DNA of 64,000 bases, taken from NCBI GenBank assembly GCA_001949185.1, contig BDGG01000014.1:1472586-1536585 (forward strand). Direction: 5' to 3'. Below the pieces are notes generated by a model. That model worked only from the letters and a program-made list of their open reading frames with translations. It did not search any database and was not told where the DNA came from. Source of the stretch: Ramazzottius varieornatus. Lineage: Eukaryota; Animalia; Tardigrada. How positions within the stretch are numbered: the stretch's first letter is position 1; every line of letters starts with the position of its first letter. This document shows, piece by piece, positions 1-11,295 of this stretch. Made by a program: the position numbers and the translations under genes.

Positions 1-731
1 CTGCATGCCTCTTGAATATTCGAAAGTACCTATCCGTTGATGTGTGCCTTGGCAGCTAGCTTTATACAACACTTTTAGCCTTCTTTTCGTCAGATGTTCT
101 TAACGTACTCCTACTCTTTTATCAAGACATTTAAATATGAAGCAACGGATTGTGGCGCAATGAACGTTGGTTGTAGGTAGAAAAAGCAGGTCAGGCGAGC
201 AAGAGCTGCACGTTGATGGTATTAGGCCCGCTAGAATAGGGTAAAGAACGCCGATTGGCCTGTTATGATGATTATATTGATGATGGCTTTGTGATTCCTC
301 CTGGCCTCCACACAACGCGCCAAGCCACAATGCTAACTCAACTTTCCCGCCATAGTTGGCCGGCGTCGTCATGGCGTAAATGATGGCCAGCACAACAATG
401 AAACAAGATGGAAAGTGAGAATGTTATTGGCCCATCAGACAAATTATTCAGTCAGCGTCGAACCTTTCGTGGCGGTCAGAAGATTAGGTGGCAGGTCTGT
501 TGTCATCATTGCACGGCAGGCGCTGACCGTCGGCCATAATACAGTAGCTACATCTCTGTACGCGTAGTTGGGTATATATGGCCTCTCCACCTCTATCCAC
601 CTCTATCTTCATTTTCCATCGAGAAAGAACTGTGTAGCATATCTGTAGCATTTACATTTTGACTTTCGACATCTGCCTTGCTTCAGTCTTTTGGCTGACC
701 AGGGGAGAATAAAGCCTGTGGTGCTGCAGTC

Positions 732-1996
732 ATGAGGGCCGGAAGTGCCGCCTTCATCCTCCTATCTTGTTTGCTTGTTTGCATCTGGACTGGAGGTTCG
801 TCCGCATATCATGGCAAAAACTGGCTGGCCATAACTGTGCGATAACTATCATGTGGTGCTTTTTGTAGTGAGCGATGCCATCCAGTGTTACCACTGTGAG
901 TCCAGTCCGCGCGACGGCAAATTTTGTCGAAGGACGACGGAAGCCCGCCTGATCGACTGTGACTCCACTTTTTGCAGTGCTCTGGTCTGGATGGAAAACG
1001 GTAAGCGCAGTGCCACGAGGTTCCTCGGGAAAGCGTTCCCCTTGTACGCCATCATGATCTGCTGCATGGCTCTTGACAGGTCAAGTCAGGGTCCATCGAG
1101 GCTGCCAAGGACACATTTCCAGTTGGGGCTTTGGGCGGTCAGAATGCGACATTATGCAGTCTGACCGTCTGATGGACACTGGTGTGGCCTTCTATCAATG
1201 CCGAGGCGATGCCTGTAATAACATCGAGCCTACGGAAGAGACATCCAGCAAGGTTGTCTTGATGACGCAGTCAAGCGCTAACAGCCAGCACTCCAGCATG
1301 ATGTCGCAGTCCCAGTCTATGCAAGACAGCAGCGACAAGGAGGAGTCTGTCAGTTCCGTTTCCAGCAGCGGGATAAACTCCCAAGCAGGTGGTAGGGCCT
1401 CTGCCGCCTCAGCTTCCTCCTTCCCTTCTAATAAGGGCAACTCGGCTGCAGGCCAGTCGCATGACATGGATATCATGTCCAAGAACCATCGTAAGCAGAA
1501 GAAAGTTGTGATTGCCGACGATGACGAGGGCGAGGGCGAGGAGGACAGTTCGTACGGCGCCAAACCCAAACCTAAGCCACGACCACCACCACCACCACCT
1601 CCTCCTCCTCCAAAGCCAGCCCAAGTTCGCCAAGAAGAGGAAGCCCCAAGGCCACCCCCGCCTCGCCCTCAACCCAGGCCAACGCCTCCTCCATACAACC
1701 AGCAAGAAGTACTGCCGGAAGAAGTGACAGAACAACGTAAAGTGGTCACACGTAGGCCGCCCCCTCCGCCACACCCGCCCAAGCCCAGGCCAACTCCACC
1801 ACCACCACCGCCGGAAATAGAAGATGAAGTACCGGAAGAACAGACCGAAGCGCCGGCTTATGTTCCCAGAACCACACCGATGACTAAAGCTCGACCAAAG
1901 TATGGAGAGGACATCGACATCAAGGAGGTCACCCAGATGGAGCAGGTGGTGACAAGACCTCCAAGACGGCGCTTTACTGTTTTTGACCGCAAGTAA
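732..1996 (+). CDS. Secreted three-finger/Ly6(LU)-like domain protein with Ser-rich and Pro-rich tail (paralog A, ~370 aa, 3 exons)
   Basis: Exons 732-795, 869-1000, 1080-1996 joined by phase-1 GT-AG introns. Signal peptide MRAGSAAFILLSCLLVCIWTGVSDA. Cys pattern IQCYHC..C..C..C..RGC..C..YQCRGDACN, then Ser/Gln-rich, acidic and poly-Pro segments; ends ...RRRFTVFDRK. TATATA at ~573 and AATAAA at ~2076. Confidence 0.85.
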
Positions 1997-2764
1997 AATA
2001 TCCTTACTTGATCTCTCCTCAAAAGTTTGCTCATAATAGCCTGACGCTCTTGTGCTTTGATACTTTATAATAGAAAATAAACATTGACTGTAAGATGTGG
2101 ATGATCTTTCTTTTGGTTTTTCTACTCAAGAACATTTTTATGCTGCTAGCAGGCTAGCTACTTCTAGAGTATACAGTATGGCGGAGCAAGCTATCAATAA
2201 ATACGAGTTGAATCAAGATATGGAAAAGGAGGCAAGAGCTGCCGACGGGAAGCACGCGTCATTCACTGTATACACATGAGATTAGTAGCGCTCCATCGGG
2301 GCAACTGCTGGCCTGTAAACGAGTGGATACACGTGCCAAAAGTGAGAAGAATTAGAAAGCTATTGGACTTGAGCGGCAGCTTTTTCAAACATACAAGTTG
2401 CAGCTAGGCACTTTCGATCATCAGATCAGAAAAACAAGAAAAACTGCACAGTAGCGTAGTTCCGCTTCCTTCACTCTTACTTTCTGAGCGACAGGCATTC
2501 TTCCGTAACCTTCCCTGCTGCCACTGTCATTGGTAAGGCTACAACAAGGAAAAAGGCTTCCAAGAGAGTCAAACACAAACAGGTGAAAAAGAAGTCAAAC
2601 TTCCGCAATCAAGGATACAGGCAGGCCGTAAAGTCAGCGAGCCACGAAGCAAAGACAAGGCGAACTTCTGCTGGAAAACTTACTCTTCCACTTAGACACT
2701 AATCAAGACTCGATCGGGGATCCAGTGCAAATTTAATTGGTACTTCCGCTTGTAAGCGTAAGGA

Positions 2765-3351
2765 ATGATGGCTATCAATGGAATCACTCTTATCCTTGTC
2801 TTGTCGGTCATTGGTAAGTGGTGAAACGTTGGAAGTAGCTCCATATGATCCGATGGCTGTATGGCTGCGTCAATGCAGGTGCAAGCAGGGGTCTTCGCTG
2901 CTTCGTCTGTCTTCCGGATGCCGCAACAGGAGAAAACTGCCGCCAGATCGCTGGCCAGAGCCTACAAAATTGCACCAGCGATACGCGACATTGTGTGGCC
3001 GTCGTTCTGGGAGATGCCCTTGGTACCATAACCGTCTTCCGCGGCTGTGGAGGTCATGTTCAAAATTTCAACATGGGAAGTGACGAATGCACAATGCTGG
3101 ATAGTCGACAGGACGATCTGCCTGCCGGTCAGTGCTTTCAATCCTTTCTTCCCATGGGTCTGCTGCTGAGACTAATGTCCATCTGTATTTCAGCTTACTA
3201 CAAATGCAAAACTGATGGCTGCAATAACATTGAACCGATCACCACGGAAGTAACGGAAGTTATTCGTGCTTCGCCCATTCTACTCACTGTTAATGGGACC
3301 GTTGCTCCCGCCGCCGTCGCCACCGCCGCCGGCAGTCCGGTTGGGGGTTAG
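2765..3351 (+). CDS. Secreted three-finger/Ly6-like protein (paralog B, ~151 aa, short tail)
   Basis: Exons 2765-2813, 2879-3127, 3194-3351. Signal peptide MMAINGITLILVLSVIGASRG; LRCFVC..C..C..C..FRGC..DEC..YYKCKTDGCNNIEP. AATAAA at ~3535. Confidence 0.82.
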
Positions 3352-3983
3352 CTATTTGCCGAACACTGAGTGCTGAGCCAGAGTTTTTTGGCCTAGTTGA
3401 GGGCCGGGTTCTCTGTACTTTTGCATATACAATTCCGTTGACGCGTGTGCTCGCATCATATCTTGCACCGGCGTGCAAATCGTACAGTCGATATGCTCCT
3501 TACTACCCAAGTATTGTGTTGTTTTCAGGTCAAAAATAAAAATTTGTAACTGCATGTTTCTTTCTTCGCAAGGGGCTATTGTTGGTTACGTCGCAGCTGG
3601 CCTCTGTTTGTGATTTCGCAAGCAAGAAACTTACAGTCTCTGCCCCAAGCATTTAAGAGTTGAAAGACCGTTGTTACGACACTTAATTTTGATGTATGGG
3701 CTGATGGCATAATCACGCAAAAGTCGTGCAGTGGTGACCGAAGGATGTCGAAAAATTCTAACGTTACGTACACATCGATCGATGACCGATAAATGGTTTT
3801 GGAACTCTTCTTGGGGTATTGACAACATCAAGAGCTGGCAAGGCTCGAAGGAAAAAGAGAAGCAATTCAACAGGAGGGAAAAGATCAAGTAGGCTACGAT
3901 AAAAGGGCAGAAAAAGATCCCTCATTGCTTATGGCAGTCCTAGCTACTTGTCTGTAATGACGGGCTTGAAGGTGAACATCACT

Positions 3984-6518
3984 TTACTTTCGGTCGAAGA
4001 CGGTGCGGCCTCTAGGACGGGGTCGCATGGTTACTTCAGGCTGCACATCGGGCAAGATCTCTTCTCCTCCATAAGATGGTGGCTTGGGTTTCTTGGTGGT
4101 GGTAGTAGTAGTTGTCGTGGTGGTAGTGGGCTTGGTGGGTCGAGGACCATAAGCGGCGGCGCTGTCATCGCTATCGCTGTCGTCGCTTCCGGAAGCGGCC
4201 GATTGTTTCACTTGTTTGCTCCTGGAGCTGGAGGACTTGCTGAAAGAGGAGCTAGACTTCTTGGATGAGGAAGAAACCGATCCGGAAGCTTGGGCGCTAC
4301 CAGCGGTCTTGACCTGGCTTTGGTTATCAGCCTCATCTCCGCTGTCATCGGCGCTGTCATCGCTATTGTCACTGTCTTGCAATATCGACGACTTGGCAGC
4401 CTTCCGTTGGATCGAGGCGTTTTCTTCGCTGGCTCCGGCGCTCAATAGCTCGCTGGCTTGGTTGGAGCCAGAAGAGGCTGCACGACTGGAGGATGAAATC
4501 CTGGCGGACTTGGCCTTCAGAGCAGCCATGGTTCGCTTGCTCTGCTGCATGGCAGCGGCGGCCTTCTTGGCCATCTCGGCCTTAGCTTGGTCTTGGGAGT
4601 CGTCGGCAGAGTGGTCAGAGTCAGAGTCAGAGTCCGAGTCCGATCCGGCCGACTGGCCGGAGCTGGACGAAGACTTCTTCATGGAAGAGGAAGCGGACAT
4701 GCCAGAGCTGGCCGACGAAGACTTGGCCGATCCACTGACGGCGGCCTGGGGACCGAAGGACGTAGCGGACGAGACCGATTGCTTACCACGGGCTTGCTGG
4801 TCATCAACACCTTGGTCGTCGGACTGGTCCTCACCTTGGTCCTGGTCTTGGGAGGCCGACTGTTCTTGGCTGGACGAAGACTTTCTAGCCTGCATGCTGG
4901 ACGACGAGGAGGACGATTTGGACTTCATGGCAGCCATTGTTTGTCTGCTCTTCTCCATTGCGGCGGCAGCTGTGGCAGCCATATCAGCCTTAGCTTGAGC
5001 CGCGTCATCGTGTTGGTCATCCGAGTCGGAATCCTGACTAGAGCTGGAAGACTTGGACTTCATAGCAGCCAAAGTTTGCTTGCTCTTGGCCATTGCGGCA
5101 GCAGCTTTGGCGGCCATATCAGCCTTAGCTTGAGCCGCGTCATCGTGTTGGTCATCCGAGTCTGTGTCGTGGCTAGAGCTGGACGACTTGGACTTCATGG
5201 CGGCCAAAGTTTGCTTGCTCTTGGCCATTGCAGCGGCAGCTGCGGCAGCCATCGCCGTCTTGGCATCAGCCTGGCTTTCTTGTTGGTCGGAGTCAGAGTC
5301 CGAATCCGAGGAGTCAGAGTCAGAGGCAGACTGTTGGCTGGAAGACTTCTTGTCCGAGCTGGAAGACATTTGCGATGACCTGGCCTTCAGAGCAGCCATG
5401 GTTTGCTTGCTTTTGGCCATAGCAGCGGCAGCCTTGGCGGCCATTGCAGCCTTAGCTTTGGCCTGGTTGTCTTGCTGGTCCGAGGAAGAATCGTCAGAAT
5501 CCGCACTGTCCTGGTCGGCACTGTCGGAGGAAGCGGACGTGCTCTTGGATGAGCTGGACTTGGAGGTGGAACCTTGGGACTTGGACTGAGCGGAAGCCGA
5601 GCCGGAGACCTTGGCGTTCTTGCTGGCAGCCAGGCTGCTCAATAGCTGGGCCGACGAGGACTTGGAGCTTTGGCTCTGGGCGTCAGAGTCTTGGTCGCCG
5701 CTGTCTTGGTCATCGTTACTGCTGGACGACTTCTTGGCCGACATCGACTTGGCTGACATGGACGATGACTTGGAGGATGAAGACTGCGATTGGGAAGAAC
5801 CCATAGTGAATGAGATACGGCCATTACTGACCGCACCAGCTTCAATGTTGTTACAGCCATCACCGCGGCATTGATAAAAGGCAGCGGCAACGTTGGAGAG
5901 CTTGGAGCTGCTGATGACGCTACATTCATCACCCATCTTCCATGACTGGACATTGCTCGCGCAGGCTCGGTGAACCTTTATCGAACCTACATGATACGAT
6001 AAGGTGAAATCCCCACTGTATCTTTGCTCCCTTCTAGAAGGTCACCATTTAGATTTTCAAATAGAATTTACGTCTCCTTTCATACACATATTCAGCATTA
6101 TGTAACGACCACCACACCAAAGCCACCGAACAACAAAATGTATGTTAAACGTCGTGAATTTGCCGAGGTTCGCCGCATGATATAGCGAAAGGTCATGCGC
6201 GGCTCTATTTCCGCGATATTCCAAAGAGCAAGGCCTACCGTTATCGTCATAGAGGACAGCTGCGCAGTGCTCGTCGGATTCCCCGCAGTCGGTCAGTTTG
6301 TCATCGGTTGCCTTACTGCAGTCCTGGCATTCGTAGCATTGAAGGGCGGAAGCTCCATCTGTAAAAAACACCCAAATGTTAGATTAGGTGCCTGCAGTTT
6401 AAGGCGGAATGTCTGAGGGGACGCGAGAGGGGAATAAATAGATCCAGAGGAATAACAGCGGGGTACCTTGCAGGAGGAACAGAGTGAGTGCCGTAGCACA
6501 AAGGACGAGGGACCTCAT
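3984..6518 (-). CDS. Secreted three-finger/Ly6-like protein with long Ser/Asp-rich and Ala-rich repeat tail (paralog C, ~724 aa)
   Basis: Exons 6518-6467, 6358-6239, 5986-3984 (phase-1 introns). Signal peptide MRSLVLCATALTLFLLQDGASA; LQCYECQDC..C..C..HRAC..DEC..FYQCRGDGCNNIE; ends ...RPRGRTVFDRK. TATATAAA on the minus strand at ~6592-6599. Confidence 0.87.
4500..5465 (-). repeat. Coding tandem repeat in paralog C: five Ala-rich blocks (QAKAxMAAKAAAAMAKSKQTxAAxKxK) alternating with Ser/Asp blocks
   Basis: Near-identical 135-bp units (45 aa) start at 4981 and 5116. More diverged copies at ~4510-4590, ~5190-5275 and ~5380-5465. Confidence 0.9.
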
Positions 6519-8302
6519 GTTGGTACGACAGAATACTGCTGTGTCTGTACAGTTGGAGAACAATGCAATGTTATAACTGAAACCATTTGGCTTTATATAT
6601 TCCGGCCAGCGGAAAGGCAAAATATGTGCGTTTTGCTTGATGTATGATAGCGATATTGTTGCTCAACTTTCGGGCTGGTTAGGTATCGGCATCGGAACGA
6701 CGAGCAGCAGGTCTTGCGGCTACTTGTGCATGTAAGTCTTGTGTAAAGAGAAGAAAGGAAGAACGTACACGCCGTCAACGTCTATGACAAAAGCCGTCAT
6801 TACGCTGTACAAATGACATATAACCAATCGGTTATGTCTTGCATTTGAAGGCGAGAACAATATTCATCGAATATTTAGCAGCTGTTGAGCTTGCTTGATT
6901 GCTGAGTGTAACGTCTGTTGTCATACATTTTGCTGCGGCGAACCCTACTGAACGAGTACGCCGCCATTGTTTTGTCGAACGTCGCGCCATAGTCACTTTC
7001 ACTTGACGGGCGCATGTCCGTTCAGTTAGGCGATGCACTGTTCTAACTAGGTAACGACTGACACCTCGAGAGATGATTAAAGGCTCATTATGGAATCATA
7101 TTTTTTTCACTATCGCAAAATATTTTCTCCGGAGCAGGTTGTGAGCTTGACTGAGGAATGTTACAGTGATACTTATATGTACGTTGTCCAACCGGTAACT
7201 GCTTCCTTGGCACGTTTTGCGCATACAATCACAGCCCCCAGTCGAACGGTCGGGCAACTTCCGCCTCGTAACCTTGGTGTTCAAGAAAATAATTCAGACA
7301 AAAAGAAGTAAATCTTTCGTGACTACCTGCTGAACTACATTTTTTGTAAGTCTTCCTTTCTGTCGGTCTCGCTAATTACAACATTAACTTTCTTACTTAT
7401 CAGACAACCCTGATGGACTGGTTCCGCTGAGTTTTCTTTTCTAGTTGCGCAAGATGGCTTTCAAGATGGTCGTAGGACACGGCAAAAATGTATACATGGA
7501 CCAATTTACAATGATTTACGTTGTCAACAGCCGCACGAACCCGGAAATGAGACGAAAGGGAGTTAGGTGATAAGTTTAATCTGTTCGTTTTTTTGACTTG
7601 GTCAGTGGTCACTTGCGCTTTCAGAAGGTACCTTCCGTGAAACTATGCGACCCTACCATTAATCCATTATAAATTATGATGGGGTTCGTTGTCGTCCATT
7701 TCGACTGTTAATCCAGGACAACCGGGAAGCAGAGCACTAACAAAGAAGAACTTCCAGAATGTCTCACTTTGAGACATCTCAGGCTCGATCGTTGACGAAC
7801 GATGGGGAATACGCTGTCGCGGATGTTATGCTGCGTGCTCACACCTGCACTAGCGGTGCATTTTGGTGCCTTTTTTCCACCTTAGAGCCTCTCTGATTAT
7901 TAGTAGCGTGTTCAAATTTCGCAAAGAGCCGTGTAGTTGAAAGGGGGTCCCTCGATTTTTCGATCGATGTCCAAAGAAAACAGGACGACGATGTTTTCAG
8001 AGAAGAGGCCTGAACCGGCTGGAGCGCTCAGCTCTGTATCTGTCGTTATCGACATGAGATAGCACTTTCGACCCTATATGGCGAGTAGCCTGGTGTCTGT
8101 TGTGGGGAGCAATTCGAAACTTCAATAATTTTCAAATCCAGATTCCAGAAACAGAAGTAAGGCGCCGGAAGTTCCGATTTTGGAACAGTTAAACGTGAGA
8201 ATGCTTTGATCTCTAGCACGAATGTACCTGGTTTGCTTGCAGATGCACACTGCAAGTTGCCGATGTGTTTCGGACGGTCAGTAGATCATTGGTGAAAAAG
8301 CG

Positions 8303-10362
8303 ATGAGGAGCAGATCGCTGCAGCGTTCGGCCATTCTCTACCGATGGACATTGAGCATCATTCGGCTCCTCTGCGTACTGGCCGCTGCCAGCGTCGTCAT
8401 TTTGCTGTTTTTTCTCTTCGACGGGGGGCATTCCACCTCGCGCCTCAAACACCACATCCCCTTCTGGAGGGTCAGTACAGGATGTGTCGTCATTCTTCGT
8501 TACTGTAGCGTGTCTAGCTGTATCGAGCGGAGGTGACTTTTCGATGACGTCATACGCTAGTCGGACGATGTAATGTTTTCTTGTGCATCACTTGGCGCAT
8601 GACGCCATCGCGACTTCTTATTTAAACCGAAAATTAAACGTGACGTTATGAGCGAGTTTGATTGGAAATAATATAGGCTCTCTGCCTATACCCTATCATA
8701 GTACAATCCCTCATATTGCTTCAGAACGGGAGGAGTTGGAGACTGAGTAGGACAGTGGATAGCCTGTTGGAGCAGATGCCGCTGGGAAGTTTCTTGATCG
8801 ACAGGCAGATACTGTCCTGCTTGATTTCAACCGGCGATGTATATCCGGAGGTCTGTCTGGGCCTACTGCTGGAGTACGACGTGCTGGAGTTTGGCTACAT
8901 CCATCAACCCAACACAACGTACGATATCGGTAGCGACAGTTGCCTGCTGCAAACTTCCGAACTGCAACCCTGCCAGCCTTGGAAGAAGGAGTGCGATAAG
9001 GCAGGATCAGCCTTCATCTCGCATATTCTTTTCCATTCCCAAAGCTATGCCAAGCTCCTCCTCGTCACCATCTTTTATCCCGTGTCGCAGTTTCACGCCA
9101 AGAGCAGCGCCTTGACGGTGCCATCCAAGAGCGTTTCGGAAACCACTGCATGTTTAGACAGCGAGATCAGGTTCTGGAATAGGCGGGCGAAAAGACTGAC
9201 AGGGCTTGCTCGCAAGGAGGTTATTCCCAGGTGGGCCTTCCGTTGTACCATGGCCCTTGATGGTCTTGTGTCATGTGCTGTAGCGTAGCGTCGTCAACCT
9301 CTGTTGCAGGAAGCTGAGGCTGAGAGGTTACGTGACAACTTTTGGACTGAGCTCACCGCTGCTGCTACCTGAAAGGCCTGCCACGCTCTTTGTCGATAGC
9401 AGCGATGCGGGACAGTACATCCCATGCGCCGTCAAAGCGCCCCCTAAGGATCTTGGATTTTCCGCCGAGCACCAGCTCTTTCGGTCCAGAGCCAGAGCCA
9501 TCCTTCTGCGAGCTCAAAGGATCCTGGAAAAACATGGCCTGCGATGGTGGCTGAGCAGCGGCACTTGCCTCGGTAAAATTCTAACCATGCAGCCTTGCTT
9601 CAAAGAGTGATATTCCCTTGACCTTGTCATATATCCGTTATAGGTTGGTTTCGGCAATGCGACATTATTCCCTACAGTCAAGACGTCGACATTGGCCTTT
9701 TCATCGAAGATTATCGGCCAGATTTCGCTAGCTGGTTTGAGCAACGAGGTTTCGAAGTGGTTTATCGACTGGGCACCGTAAGCCCATTTACTGGGGTCAC
9801 TTGTCTGACACTTGTCGATGGCTTTAAAGTAATTATGGTTTTGCAGGAGCGGGATAGCTTGCAGTATTCGTTCGTTATGGGCGAGACCAAGTTGGATGTC
9901 TACTTTTTCTATAAGGAAAGCAACTATGTCTGGAACGGCGCTACGGCCTACAAAGCTGGGCAGAAATTCCGGTAAGAGATACGAACACCGAAGCGCTGTC
10001 AGATGGAAGAGTCAATTGCCGGAGGCCGATCGTATTATAGGTACGTTTTCCCCAGCTTCAGCCTGTGCTACACAGATTTTCTGGAGGTGAGGATGGTAGG
10101 GGTACCCTGTGAGACGGAGCAGTACATTGTGGCCAACTATGGCCCAGAGTGGCGCCAGCCGGCAGAGGAGTGGGACTGGCGTCACAGTCCGCCCAACTCC
10201 CGACTAAATGGCTTCTGGACGGCTGAGCAGCGACCTCAGGCCATCTACCTCAACCCCAAGTACTTTGCCGACATCGGTAGCCAAGCAGAACCCCTGGCCG
10301 TCCTCCAGCAAGACGCTGCAAACGCTGACACCGCCCAAGATTTACTGCTTCAGGCTCTTTAG
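8303..10362 (+). CDS. FKTN: Fukutin (LicD-family nucleotidyltransferase-fold phosphoryl-ligand transferase), type II membrane protein
   Basis: Exons ~8303-8470, 8726-9170, 9310-9572, 9644-9777, 9848-9971, 10041-10362. N-terminal TM anchor; [27 protein letters not shown] (DxD motif), KLDVYFFY, VPCETEQYIVANYGPEW..EWDWRHSPPN, all matching the fukutin catalytic domain. Confidence 0.9.
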
Positions 10363-11151
10363 GAGGTCTGGCGGGATGGAAACCGTCAAGGGGAAGGAAA
10401 GTCTTCCCTGAATGCACACTTTTGCATTGTACTACTTCCAAAGGTCAGCACCAGCCTTTCGATCATATTGCTGTATCCTGCCGTCAAGAAACTTTTGCTG
10501 GATGAACAATATTACATCAACATTCAACATATCAATGTCGAAATCGCATCTGGGTTGAGTAAACAAAATCTCCCCGTCAAATGTTGAAGCAGCATTTGTG
10601 GTTTGATTTCAGGATGTTTTGGAGTATTCAACACTGAAGCTGCAGGATTGCTGCAGAACTTGCAGATACGTGGAAAATGGGTCGTTGAGGGCGGATGGTG
10701 ACTGCATGCGCGACGGGGATGGTCAAAGGATACTAGAAGGGATAAGGCAGAGTCGTTCTACTTGTCCGGATTGCTGGCCTTCTTTCGCAGAAAGACAGGC
10801 GGAAACTGCAGTCGTATCAGATGATGGCATTCCTTATCACAGCTCTCTCATCATCTAAGTTAGGCCACATTTCCTCTCATGCAATGTTATCTCTTTCCCA
10901 GTAAGATTGTGATTATGCTCTTTGTGATGAGCAAAATCTCAATTTGGCACTTGGAACTCCCTTACAAGAACCTTAATCACAAAATGGTTTCTTTGTCTAG
11001 TATCATCTTTTTTATTTAAATATTAACCGTTGCCGAACGGTATACAAGCTTCCTAACATGTAAAACGTTTAAAGTTGAGGAAATAGCAGCTGGAAGCTTT
11101 TAGCAGCATGGGAAAACCAGGAATTTCTGGGGGTGATGTTTACGTGTTGTG

Positions 11152-11295
11152 AGGTGTAAGGAAGGCGGCAGTCGGACAGTTGTCAAGTTGTAAAGCGCGA
11201 GCATTTAGCCGAGCAATATGGGTTTTGAGAAAGTGACAGGGCGGTATTGTGGCTAGGGGGAGGGTGTTAATTAATTAGGCTGTGCTGCCTTTGAT
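11152..11295 (+). promoter_or_regulatory. Candidate cis-regulatory cluster upstream of the T-box gene
   Basis: T-box half-site-like AGGTGTAAG (11152) and GGGTGTTAA (11262), a TTAATTAATTA homeodomain-like site, and TCF/LEF consensus CCTTTGAT (11288-11295). Motif matches only. Confidence 0.3.

Noticed and set aside
3948-5874. Long plus-strand ORFs (260, 263 and 141 aa) opposite paralog C
   Set aside because: Antisense shadows of a Ser/Ala/Asp repeat with biased codons; no splice structure or domain of their own.
7759-7777. Hairpin ATGTCTCA-CTT-TGAGACAT
   Set aside because: An 8-bp stem is expected by chance in 64 kb, and there is no supporting context.
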